DNA of 64,000 bases from Plasmodiophora brassicae (taxonomy: Eukaryota): NCBI GenBank assembly GCA_036867785.1, contig CP145412.1, forward strand, positions 868,001 to 932,000, in the 5' to 3' direction. How positions within the stretch are numbered: position 1 is the stretch's first letter; every line of letters starts with the position of its first letter. Made by a program: the position numbers and the translations under genes. The notes under the pieces were generated by a model. That model did no database searches, was not told where the DNA came from, and saw nothing but the letters and a program-made list of their open reading frames with translations. Below, piece after piece: positions 53,823-64,000 of the stretch.

Positions 53823-55153
53823 ATGGAGGAGGAGTTGGAACCGTCGCTGAGGAACATTATCGAGCAGGTCAGGGAGCCTGCGGCACGTTTGGGCGGAGGG
53901 GGCCGATGTGTTGACGTGGAGTGGTGACGGCTGCAGGATACGCTGAAATGGATATTTGTCGGCGGGAAGGGCGGCGTCGGCAAGACGACGAGCTCGTGCG
54001 CGCTGGCGGTTCAGCTGGCGAAAGTCAGGGAGAGCGTTCTGATTATATCGACTGACCCGGCCCATAACCTCAGTGATGCGTTCGGGCAGCAGTTCTCGAA
54101 GACGGTCAGTTTGAGGACGTTGCATGAGGGCGAGCTGTGCCGCTGCTCATCCGTTTGCCCTGGCAGGTCACACCTGTACAAGGTTTCAACAACCTGTTCG
54201 CGATGGAGATCGACCCCACTGTGGAACTGGATGACAACGATGTGCTGGGCGTTGCGGGTGCCAACATGAGCCTGATCTCAGATATGTCAGCTGCTGCTCT
54301 CCCGTACCTTGCCAACGACGCGATACTGAATGACGCCCTATGTGCAGCGTGTCGTCGGTTCCAGGCATTGACGAGGCTATGTCGTTTGCCGAACTGATGA
54401 AGCAGGTTCAGAGCATGTCGTACAGCGTTATCGTATTCGATACCGCCCCGACCGGTACGACGTTGGGCATGCGAATATGGGCGCAGCCCTAACAGATAGG
54501 TTTCAGGTCATACTCTGCGACTGCTGTCGTTCCCGTCCATATTGGAAAAGGCTCTTAACAAAGTCATGTCGCTCAAGGATCGGTTTTCCGGATTGTTTGC
54601 CCAATTGTCCACAATGGTCGGGTCGGCGGGCTCCGTCTCGCAGGAGCAGATCATGTACGCAAAGTTAACGTGCGTTGCGCTCGGTCGTTTGATGACAATT
54701 GCTCCCTGGATGCCAGATCGAAACTCGAATCGGCGAAGTCCGTCATCGAGAAAGTGAACGCACAGTTCAAGGATGACGATTTGACAACGTTTGTCTGTGT
54801 CTGCATTCCCGAGTTCCTGTCCCTTTTCGAGACCGAACGCCTCGTGCAGGAGCTGGCCAAGTACGGCATCGATACGCACAACATCATCGTAAATCAGGTC
54901 CGGTGCCTGGGTGCGAATGATTGGTCCTCGACCTTCTGAGTATCCGCAGGTTCTGTTTATCTCCAGCAAGGACACATGTGCGAAGTGCAACGCTCGTGTG
55001 CGCATGCAGAAGAAGTATCGAGATCAGATCGCCGATCTCTATGCTGACTTCCACGTCACGACAATGCCGCTCCTTGACGAGGAAGTTCGTGGCCCTGAAC
55101 GCCTGCTTGAGTTCTCCAGCAACATGTTTACTCCGTACCAGCCCCCTGCATGA
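53823..55153 (+). CDS. GET3: GET3/ASNA1 ATPase, multi-exon
   Basis: [70 protein letters not shown]. Confidence 0.95.
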
Positions 55154-55351
55154 ACGCTCGCTACAGTCCAAACGCGGCACATTACACTCTGAAGCGATGT
55201 TACCATGTCTGCCTTGCTGCTGCCTGTAAGCGCGTTCTGGAACAATATGCGAACTGATAGCCAGATGGGCCCTGCATCACGTACACTGTCGATCGTGGCG
55301 AATCTGGACAGGTACGACCCATCGTGGGCAAGGGAGCGCGCCCATCCAGTC

Positions 55352-57019
55352 ATGGAGGATACCGGGGTGCCTCGCCACCCGTTCGACCGCATGATGCCAG
55401 GCACAGAGACTAAGACTGGAATTGCTCAGTCATCGGCCCTTGAGGAGATCGCCGTCGTGGACGGGACGGCAATCCTCATTGCGGACGGGACGCCCCGGGA
55501 CCCGGCCGAACCGGCGATGGACCCCATCGACCTCGTCCACTACCGCACCATTGGCAACTACGTCGTTGGCCAGGTGCTCGGATGTGGAACGTTCGGCGAG
55601 TCAGTGCCCACAATCGATCAGCCCGTTGTTCGATAACGCCGACAAATCGTGCCTTCAGGGTGCGGCTCGGTCGGAACCAGGCTACTGGGGACTACGTAGC
55701 CGTGAAGATCGTCGACCGAGCTCACACGGACGGTCGCTGTGCGACCAATGAGGTGGGCCATCATTGCCTGCCGTCGCTGGCCATGGGTAAACGGAGGCGC
55801 GCCGATGGTTCAGATCTCGATCCTCCGCCTGCTGAACCACGAGCACATCGCCAAACTGCTCGACGTCGTCCACGATGCGCCCCTGTCGGCGACGTTCTGC
55901 CGATACTGTGCGTGCACAGAATACTATCCAGCACGGCTGACCGGCGAATGTCGGACGTGCAGTACGTCGGCGCCCACCTGCTGCCCACCGCGGCTGTCTC
56001 TGACGGAGATGCAGGCCCGCACCATTTCCGGGACCACTGCCGCGTGGAGGAGGAGCGCGCCGTGACCATGATCGTGCAGGAGATCGGGGCGGGCGGCGAC
56101 TTGTTCGCCAGCATCAGGGAGCGCGGCCCGTTCCCCGAACAGATCGCCCGGTTGTACTTCACGCAAATGTGCCAGGCCGTCCTGTACTGCCATCAGAACG
56201 GGGTCGTCCACCGGTACGTTGCCGCGGTTCGGGCGCCCGGTTGTCGCCCCCGCCCGCCCTGATGACAGTCACGCCCAGAGATCTACGTCCCGAGAACATG
56301 GTCCTGGATCGCGACCACAACCTGAAGATCATCGACTTTGGCATTGCTGCCGTCCTGACGGACGGTCGCCCACCCGACCCCGTCCTGGTCAAGACCAAGG
56401 AGAACGACTTCTGCCCAACGCTGTACGCTGCTCCAGAACTATTCGACCGTCGACGACATGTCGTGCACGGCCAGCCGACCGACGTCTGGTCTGCCGCCGT
56501 TGTCCTATTCATCATGCTGTCAGGTCAGTCGCCATAGCGGGTCTACCAGGCACGTGCGCTGACCGGCCGGGGGTGCCAGGTCGGCCGCCGTTTCGTCGGC
56601 CGCTTCATAGAACCGTGGACGATAACCACAGGCGATGCGAGCACTTCCGAAGCCTGCAGGCGGGGAACTATCCCAGTTGCATATCAGCGCAAGCCAGGGA
56701 CCTGCTAGCGTCGATGTTTGCTGTGGACCCGACGGCCAGGCCGGACATGCAGGCCGTCCTGGGTCACGCCTGGGTTGCGGACGGGCCGGTTCCCACTGCC
56801 AAACAGCTGAGCACCTACATGACTGCTAGGAGGCAATCGCCAAAGACTCCAAGAGACGCCGACCTGGTCAGACACACCCGCAACACGAAATGGCTCCCTG
56901 GATGCTCATGTTGCATGTTGCAGGCTGGGCATGAAGATGAGAAGGTGTCGCACATCCCGACGCCTGCGGCGCCTGCCGGCGCCGATAACGATTCCGAACG
57001 CATACGACCCGAATCCTAA
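55352..57019 (+). CDS. Ser/Thr protein kinase (CAMK/SNF1-like), multi-exon, start uncertain
   Basis: LGCGTFG, VAVKIV, HRDLRPEN, IIDFG, YAAPE, DVWSAAVVLFIMLSG. Confidence 0.88.
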
Positions 57020-57243
57020 ACCTTCATCTGGATACACAATGGCAATCGTCAACGAGGGTCTGCGTGCCCCTTATCCGAGTCTCTGGCAGGTCTGCCGAAC
57101 GAATGGTCTACTCCACGTGGCTTTACATGGGCTGGCCCAGGACCCGTTGGCATCCGTCCGTTGCAATAACTATTTGTTCGTACGACGGGGGCTGATGTAT
57201 TGGCGAACGTTTGCATAAACGAATGGACACTCGTGGGCTGCTC

Positions 57244-58626
57244 CTAGCCGAACAGGTTTAGACCGTCCAGGAAAATCGTGCTTATCGATGGGGCACCCGG
57301 CTGCTGCGACATGCTGACCTGTCTCAGCTTCCTGATCGTTGCCAGGTTGGCGTTCCAGAACGATTTCGCTTCGTATGGCAGGTTGTGCTTCTCGACCAGG
57401 GCCCGCAGTCGTGCTTGGGCCGTCCGCAGGTTGTGCCGAGGCAACCGAGGCCATAGGTGATGCTCGACCTGGAATTGCAGGCCGCCATGGAGCCAGTCCA
57501 TATACGGTGAACACGACACGTTCATCGAGTGCCGTAGCTGCGTCAGCACGAAGCCGTTGTCGTGCTCTGTATACGTGACGCCTGCGTATGTCGGCATGGA
57601 GAAGTGCGACAACGTAATCTGGACGTGTAGCAGGCCGGCAAGCGCGTGCGACACGAGGACGAACACGAGCCGGGATGGCCAGGTGCGCACGTGCATTATC
57701 AGGGCAATGTGCCAGACCCAGAACAGGACCAGAGACGCTTGCTGGACCGACCGGTGCCAGACGATTTCGGGCGCTTTGTATGGGCCCATTGCGAATACGT
57801 ACAGCAACGACTGGGCGTACAGGTTGAAACGGGCAACCGCCATAACCGGGTAGTACAACCAGTGCTGGTATCGACAGAGGCACCGCGCTAGCGCGTTCAG
57901 CGGTAGTATCCGAGAGTAGAACGTCGAGTAGACCGGTTCAGAGAGGTACCGATCCGTAACAGCAAACACGGGCAGGTGCTGGATGTCAGGGTCGTTCTCG
58001 ACCGAATTGGTGACGATGTGGTGGACATTGTGCGAGCGCTTCCACCAACCCAGACTGATACCGCCAAGAAGGTTCCCGCATACCATGCCGATCATCGTGT
58101 CAGCGTCCCTTACATGCGACACGGAACAGTGGCCCAGGTCGTGCCCAATGAACGCAATCTGCTGCCAGAACAGGCCGAGGCCCATGCCGGACAGCACCGG
58201 GTGCGCGTCGCGTACAACCGCCCAGACAACGAGGGCAAGCAGCACCAGCAGCGATGTCATCTTCATAACGTAGTACATGGGATCGGTGCTGAACAGTCCT
58301 TCGGCAACGAATTGCGCGGTGAGCTCCCGGAAATCGACTTCGAGCTCGGAGGGGCACGCATCCGACAGCGTCCCGTACTCGAAAACGTGTAGGTACCGCT
58401 TGCGAACGTCAACGGGATGCGTGCTGGTGAAGACATCGGTGGCGTCACGGCCGCGCATCAGCCTGATGGGAAGTCGTCCACCGGGATGCCGATCCACCCA
58501 GGTCGTTAGGTCATAGACGCGCTCGCCTATGATGACCAGGTCCCGGTCGACCCGTGCCGATTCCGTCAGCACCTCCGCCCGAGTCAGCACGCGCATCGAC
58601 GCCTTCGCGTCCGACCTGGGCGACAT
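57244..58626 (-). CDS. Front-end desaturase with cytochrome b5 fusion (delta-6 fatty acid / delta-8 sphingolipid type), intronless
   Basis: HPGG heme motif; His boxes HDLGH, HNVHH, QVEHH. Confidence 0.93.
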   Translation of the reverse strand: MSPRSDAKASMRVLTRAEVLTESARVDRDLVIIGERVYDLTTWVDRHPGGRLPIRLMRGRDATDVFTSTHPVDVRKRYLHVFEYGTLSDACPSELEVDFRELTAQFVAEGLFSTDPMYYVMKMTSLLVLLALVVWAVVRDAHPVLSGMGLGLFWQQIAFIGHDLGHCSVSHVRDADTMIGMVCGNLLGGISLGWWKRSHNVHHIVTNSVENDPDIQHLPVFAVTDRYLSEPVYSTFYSRILPLNALARCLCRYQHWLYYPVMAVARFNLYAQSLLYVFAMGPYKAPEIVWHRSVQQASLVLFWVWHIALIMHVRTWPSRLVFVLVSHALAGLLHVQITLSHFSMPTYAGVTYTEHDNGFVLTQLRHSMNVSCSPYMDWLHGGLQFQVEHHLWPRLPRHNLRTAQARLRALVEKHNLPYEAKSFWNANLATIRKLRQVSMSQQPGAPSISTIFLDGLNLFG

Positions 58627-58956
58627 ACAGACGGCGGGTCCGCCCTGACCGACACGACACGTCGTCGTACCGGGCGAAACTCGAAATAGGTCGCGCGACG
58701 GAGCTAAAATCGTCAATGCAGGTCGCGGACACCGTGATGGGCAGGCAACGTGGCCGAACGACGCGGCAGACCGTCAATACAGAACCGCACCACCAGGCCG
58801 GCCATATTGCCCAACCGAGCCGAACGCGACCAGGCGATCTCCAGCGATATCGCATTCACTACCGTTGTCAGCGGGTCGGACCAAGTTTTGATCCGCATTA
58901 CCACGTGGCTCTTGAACAGGTATATGCTTCATAAATAATGGGATGGGGGCTGACGG

Positions 58957-59645
58957 CTATTGTTCGGCAGTAGATGGATCACCGGTAGCGTCCAGCGTTC
59001 TACGGAATGGGCCCATTTCGTAGAACGGCCACAGCTGCGACACGACGCCATGAGACCAATGGGGAAGCATGTGCGAGCGCGACCCACTTTGAACATCACG
59101 CGCCCTTTGACGAGGGCCAACGGGACAGGGCCGTAGTCGCGAGAATCGACCGAGTCGGCCGGGTTGTCGCCTTGCAGAAATATGTGCCCAGGCGGGACAT
59201 GGACGGTCACGGGCGCTCCCTCCCAGAAACCTCCCCGCCGCGTATACGAGACGGTCTCCCCTGGCATGCCCACAATCCTCTTGACAATAATCTTGTCCAT
59301 CGATCGAGGACTCCCACAGACTACGATGTCGCCTTTTCGCAGGCGACCGAATTTGGGCGACAGTGCATCACAGAGAACGACGTCCCCCTGGAGACCCAGA
59401 TTCAATTAACATTGCGCAACGCAGTGTGTCTTACCGTTGCCATACCCTGAGATTCAACGTCGGCAGCATAGATGGCCCTGATGACTGCGGAGGACATTAT
59501 CGTCACATCAGCCAGTGACATCGTCACGCGGCGCGAGACCTACCGCAGACAGGAACGCAACGTGATTGTTAAACGCGTAGAACGCTACGCCTGCCTTGCA
59601 GCCCCACTCGAGGAACGCGCCGAGGCCGGCGACGCGCGACGCCAT
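58957..59645 (-). CDS. IMP1: Mitochondrial inner membrane protease subunit 1, multi-exon
   Basis: PSMLPTL (Ser), KGDIVV, VKRIVGMPGE (Lys), VPPGHIFLQGDN..SVDSRDYGPVPLALVKG, LWP. Confidence 0.88.
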
Positions 59646-59745
59646 CTCCAGTGACTGAGGGCGACGTTTCGACCTTCGTCGAGCACGAACGGTGACGCGG
59701 ACCGGTGCGCGGATAATTACTGCGTGACTGTGCGGCTGCAGACTG

Positions 59746-60874
59746 ATGGGCAAGCGCAGCGCCGAAGACAAGGACGAGCGCAGACGGCGCAAGGACGAGA
59801 AACGGGCGCGCAAGGAGGAGCGTAGGCGTGCGCAGCAGGATGAAACTCCTGCCGTGAATGAGAAGGTGAATGTTCCCCTGGGCAGAGATTCGTGGGGGGC
59901 GGACGGTGATGGGTGCGTCGTCGTAGGATGCGGCATCGATCGTGTCGACGCTGGTGGATGTGTATCCCACCGCACGCGACGAGCTGCGAGCGCTGTTTGA
60001 GGTAATTGACTCCGGCGAGCCTGTCGATATTCAAGGCATCGAGCAGGATCTGGTGCGCGAGAGCCTGTCGCTGCTGTTCACTTGTGTTCGATTGGAACGC
60101 CAGGGTCAGTCGTTCGTTCGAGGCCAGACGACGCCGAAACTCTGTGGTTTATTTGCCGAAGCGCTTTCCTCTGTCGAGCCGTCGGCTGCTGACGATCATA
60201 TGAAGGCTGATAGACGTGTCATCGGCCCTCAACTGCCGACCTCTGCCGATATACCAACTGGAACGGACGACAACAACCATATCATCGATTCTGATGACGA
60301 AGAGTTTGGCCCGTCCTTGACAGCGCCGCCCATTCCGCGAGCACCGACAACAGTGGAAGTGGAACCGGTGGCCAGCCAACGCGAATCATGGATGACAGCG
60401 CTGCCTGAAGACCGGGCCGGAGTATCCTCTGCTGATGCCATGGCCGCACGAAAGTTTACTCGTAAAGGCATCAGTGACGTAAGTACTTGTTGGCAAATCA
60501 CGCGACCTCCCTCATTAATGTCACTTGCACAGCTGGGTGATCGCTCAGTGTGGACGGATTCGGCTGCAGAGAGGCAGCGTAAGTTTGAAGAGCGGCTGCA
60601 GCGTAAATCGCAGAAAGCCCCGAACAAGGCTGGTTCCTCGAAATCCAAACCTGCGGCTCCTGTCCCTACCGATTCCTCGAGGCCCTCGTTGTTAGCGCAG
60701 CACCAAAGCCTCAAGTCGGCCGCTCAACCAGAACGTCGAGCAGCCGACAATCCTGTTTGGGATCGCGAGCGAGACCTCGTAGGAGGCGGGCAAATTACGG
60801 GAAGGAAGTTTCACGACATGGTATCGCAAGCGAAGCAGCTCGGGTCCCGGTTCTCCAGCTCCAGCACGCTGTGA
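59746..60874 (+). CDS. GPALPP1/DUF3752-like protein, multi-exon
   Basis: VIGPQLP, EFGPSL, RESWMTALP, DRSVWTDS, SLLAQHQ, WDRERDL, LGSRFSS. Confidence 0.78.
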
Positions 60875-60910
60875 CATAACTTATATACGCGCATGCATGC
60901 GCATGTCGTT

Positions 60911-61786
60911 TTATGGGCACTTGGGCGCAGGCAGCTTGATATGGATTCCACCTGGCGCGTAGGGCATCCCTTCGCAGGCCGACTTGGCGCTGCTGCGCTC
61001 GAGACGTTTTAGGATCGGCGCGAACGTCCGTATGGTTGGTCGCCGCATAGGCAGACCGTAGAGGTAGTGGGATCGCGGCGGCGCCGGGCATGACTTCTGC
61101 CTCTGCATGGACGATCCCTCCTTCTCCAGCGGGCCGACACCTGAACCATCGTGTCACTTTCGTACTCGGGGGCAAACCGACATCGCGCTAACCTGGCACC
61201 GTCGAAGGGCAACGTGGTCTGACATGCCGGGGCACGGCTAAACGTTCCCAGAACGGTGTCGCAGCCTGGCGACCGATCTGCGCTTCGCTTGAGGTTGCCA
61301 TCGCGTGCTCTCCGTTCGGGGTCCCAGCGAATGGCGACATCGCTGGCTGACGATTCGATGGCCCGGCCGACCCAAGGCCTTTCCTGGTCGGGCGCTGGGT
61401 TACGTCCTGGCCGTATGCATTCATGATCTGTTATTCCCTTCAAGTCAGTCCGAATGATGCAGAGGCCCCGGCACGCGCGGCATCACCTCGTTCAGGCTCG
61501 CCGCTCTACAAGACGAAGCAGACTGCACACGACCGCGATCGAGGACGTTATGCGGTTTCGCGGGAGGCGGCCGTTCGCCGTCCTCGCCGGCCATCGACGG
61601 GAGCAGCGTCCGCGGCTTTGACCGGGATCGAACCCGGCCCTGCCTGGCGTTGTTACGGAACCCCTTCATTGCGCTCTGATTGTATATCGCGACCGCTGGC
61701 AGGAACGAACTATTGTGCCATCGGAAACTGTTCGAGCAGGTCAACCTTGTCGCGGCCGGCCCACCCGGGGCCGACGGCGTCGCCAT
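60911..61786 (-). CDS. Possible low-complexity hypothetical gene
   Basis: Chain of minus-strand ORFs between two confident genes; structure unresolved. Confidence 0.25.
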
Positions 61787-61999
61787 CCAGCCTGCGAATC
61801 AACGCAGGTACCGCGTCCCGATCTCTCCAGCAATCTGAATCTTCCGAATCCAGGCACTGCCATAGTACATTCGTAGGAACCACGTCCCATCGGCGTCGGA
61901 CAGCACAGCAGCGTACAAGAAGTTCCTCGACCGTCCCATGGCGATTCATCGCGGGCACGTCCGAGACTCGCGGTGGTCAACTCCGTGCGAGAGCCGGCC

Positions 62000-62666
62000 A
62001 TGGACGACATCGACATTGTCGAAGATGACGTCGTCGCCGGCGAGGGTGTCGATCCGGCGATGGCGGCCGAGGAGGCGGGGACGGAGCCGCTCCCGGCCAA
62101 GGTCAGGAAGCCGAGGCTGACGTTTGGGTCGCAGATGCTGCTGGACCCGGACCGGGGCCTGCCGTTCCTGTTGCGGGAAGGCCGCCAGGTCCGGTTCCAT
62201 GGCAAGGGGCATGAAGCGCGGGACCTGACGCGCCTGATGCGACTCTACCGGGATTGGGCCAAACAGGTAATGGCTGCCCTCTGGCGTATCGGGTGACGAG
62301 ATTCACATGCATCATGCGCTACAGCTGTTCCCGAAGTTGTCGTTCGAGGCCCTGATTGACAGGATTGCCAAGCTCGGCAGCTCTCACGATGTGAATGCGT
62401 TCATCGCCGAAGAACGCGAACGCCAGTTAATGTCCCGTGTTGAGTACCACCGCGGCCTACGAGGCGACGATAACGGTGCCGGACGTGACGACTACATTGT
62501 CGACTCCGAGCGCGTCGCCTCCAAGCGGAATCGGCGCCGTGACGACCTTGCTGATGATGGCGGCGACGAACGTAATGCATGCGCAGAGGGCGACGATATC
62601 AGAGATGAATTCGACCCAGATGATGAGGGCGAGCTCATGGCATTGCTTGACGAACAGCAGCAATAG
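62000..62666 (+). CDS. TIPIN: Replication fork protection component TIPIN/Swi3/Csm3, 2 exons
   Basis: RGLPFL..FHGKGHEARDLTRLMRLYRDWAKQ|LFPKLSFEALIDRIAKLG. Confidence 0.9.
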
Positions 62667-62873
62667 ACGCATGGTCGAGTGTGCACACGAATTCTGCCAA
62701 TGCCTGTATGGTAACAAGTCCTCCGAAAGTATATATCTTATGTGTTGCTACTTCCAAGCTCTCTAATAGGAGTCGTAGCTTGTTGGATCCGAAAGGTAAA
62801 CGTAACCGCCATTGTAGCGAACGAACGACCCTGTGATGGAAAGTCGGACACATAGAGTAGGGTAGGCAGCAGG

Positions 62874-64000
62874 CTACGACAGGCTTTTAATGATGCCTGA
62901 CACGACAATTTTCTGAAACATGGCACTGCTCTTTTCCGCATCCTCTTTGGACTGTCGCGTATTCTCATCAGGGGTTGTCGTGTCTTCATCACCAATCTCG
63001 TCATGGAACTTCTGCAACTCGCCACGTATCTCATCGAGCCCAATGTTAAACTGGTTCAGTAGCTTGTGAGCGTGTGTCGTTATGGCTGGCTCGCCAGCAG
63101 TCATGGCGAAACCGAGGACGAAGTCAACCATTTGCAGAGCAAACTCGGCTGTATCACATTACCGTTATCAGCGCATTCGTACCAGAAACAGACGGAGAGC
63201 CGCTAACCGTGATCACCATCCGAACTCTCTGCCGCCTCGCGAAACTGAAGATGTAGCTCGATGAGCCGGTCCACCTTCTCGCAATCTTTCTCCTGAAACA
63301 TTGGGATTAGACCGGAGCGAAATGACAGAAATCCATCGTCAGTACCGTAAACTTCGATAGAAGACGCTGATAGTGAAGATCGCTTGTTGACAGGAACAGA
63401 TGGCCGATTATGGATACGATACACTCTGATGCCGGTATTATTGAAAGGCCATGCAGTCGTAGCGCTTCGCTAACCTTCTTCCTCTTCAGCCGACACCTTG
63501 TACTTGCGATGACGTTTCGATCGCCCACTCATGAACGCAGCGAACACCGCTTTCAGACCGCCAATATCAACCAGTTGACGACAGTTGGGAGGAGATCCTA
63601 GTGACCGATCAGCAACAGATTAGCAATGCGGCTAACTATCCATACGTTCAGTAGCTTGGGCCAGGATACTAAGAGCACCATGACGTAGAAGGAGCTTCTT
63701 CGATCTAGTCACAAGCCCCGTGAATTTATGAGTTACAGTACGGGAAGCACGCCGGATGGTATACCTGATGGCATCAATGCAGAAGTGGAGGCCGCCAGCA
63801 TCGGCGAACGGTTCACGGAGGGATGCTTCCAGCAACATTGACTGAACAGAAGATATAACATTCTCAACAAGCCCTCTCTCGTCTTCATCGGGTGCATCTT
63901 CTTTGATGTACGGCGCCAGAATCGCCAACAACCGCCCCATCTGAGGGGCCATTGCGACTCGGACGGGGGTTTCACCACAAGTCAACAGGACAGCAACCAA
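62874..64000 (-). CDS. CTNNBL1: Beta-catenin-like protein 1 (C-terminal part; gene starts beyond window)
   Basis: EDERGLVENVISSVQSML, RLLSKF|EKDCEKVDRLIELHLQF, FALQMVDFVL. Confidence 0.75.

Overview
Gene-dense, GC-rich eukaryotic DNA with many short (about 45-60 nt) GT-AG introns and very short intergenic spaces. The style fits a compact protist genome such as a plasmodiophorid like Plasmodiophora brassicae (inference only). About 30 protein-coding genes are recognisable, including ABCC transporter, cathepsin C, Rrn7/TAF1B, Sec20, RPS7, A20/AN1, ArfGAP, MFS/GPH transporter, HMG-box, PAT1, cullin, RPL30, EMC7, HSD17B10-like, DHX37, F-box/LRR, GET3, a kinase, a front-end desaturase, IMP1, GPALPP1, TIPIN and CTNNBL1. 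Mobile DNA comprises the probable 3' LTR of a retroelement, an internally deleted hAT element with an 8-bp TSD, and a small pogo-like MITE. The most striking non-genic signal is four long fold-back (inverted-repeat) loci: a rod-like LTR at 129-543, then 554-862, 19084-20192 and 41597-42817. The last three are inverted duplications of coding-like fragments and are candidate hairpin-RNA/siRNA loci. Multi-exon gene boundaries were inferred by eye and are approximate.
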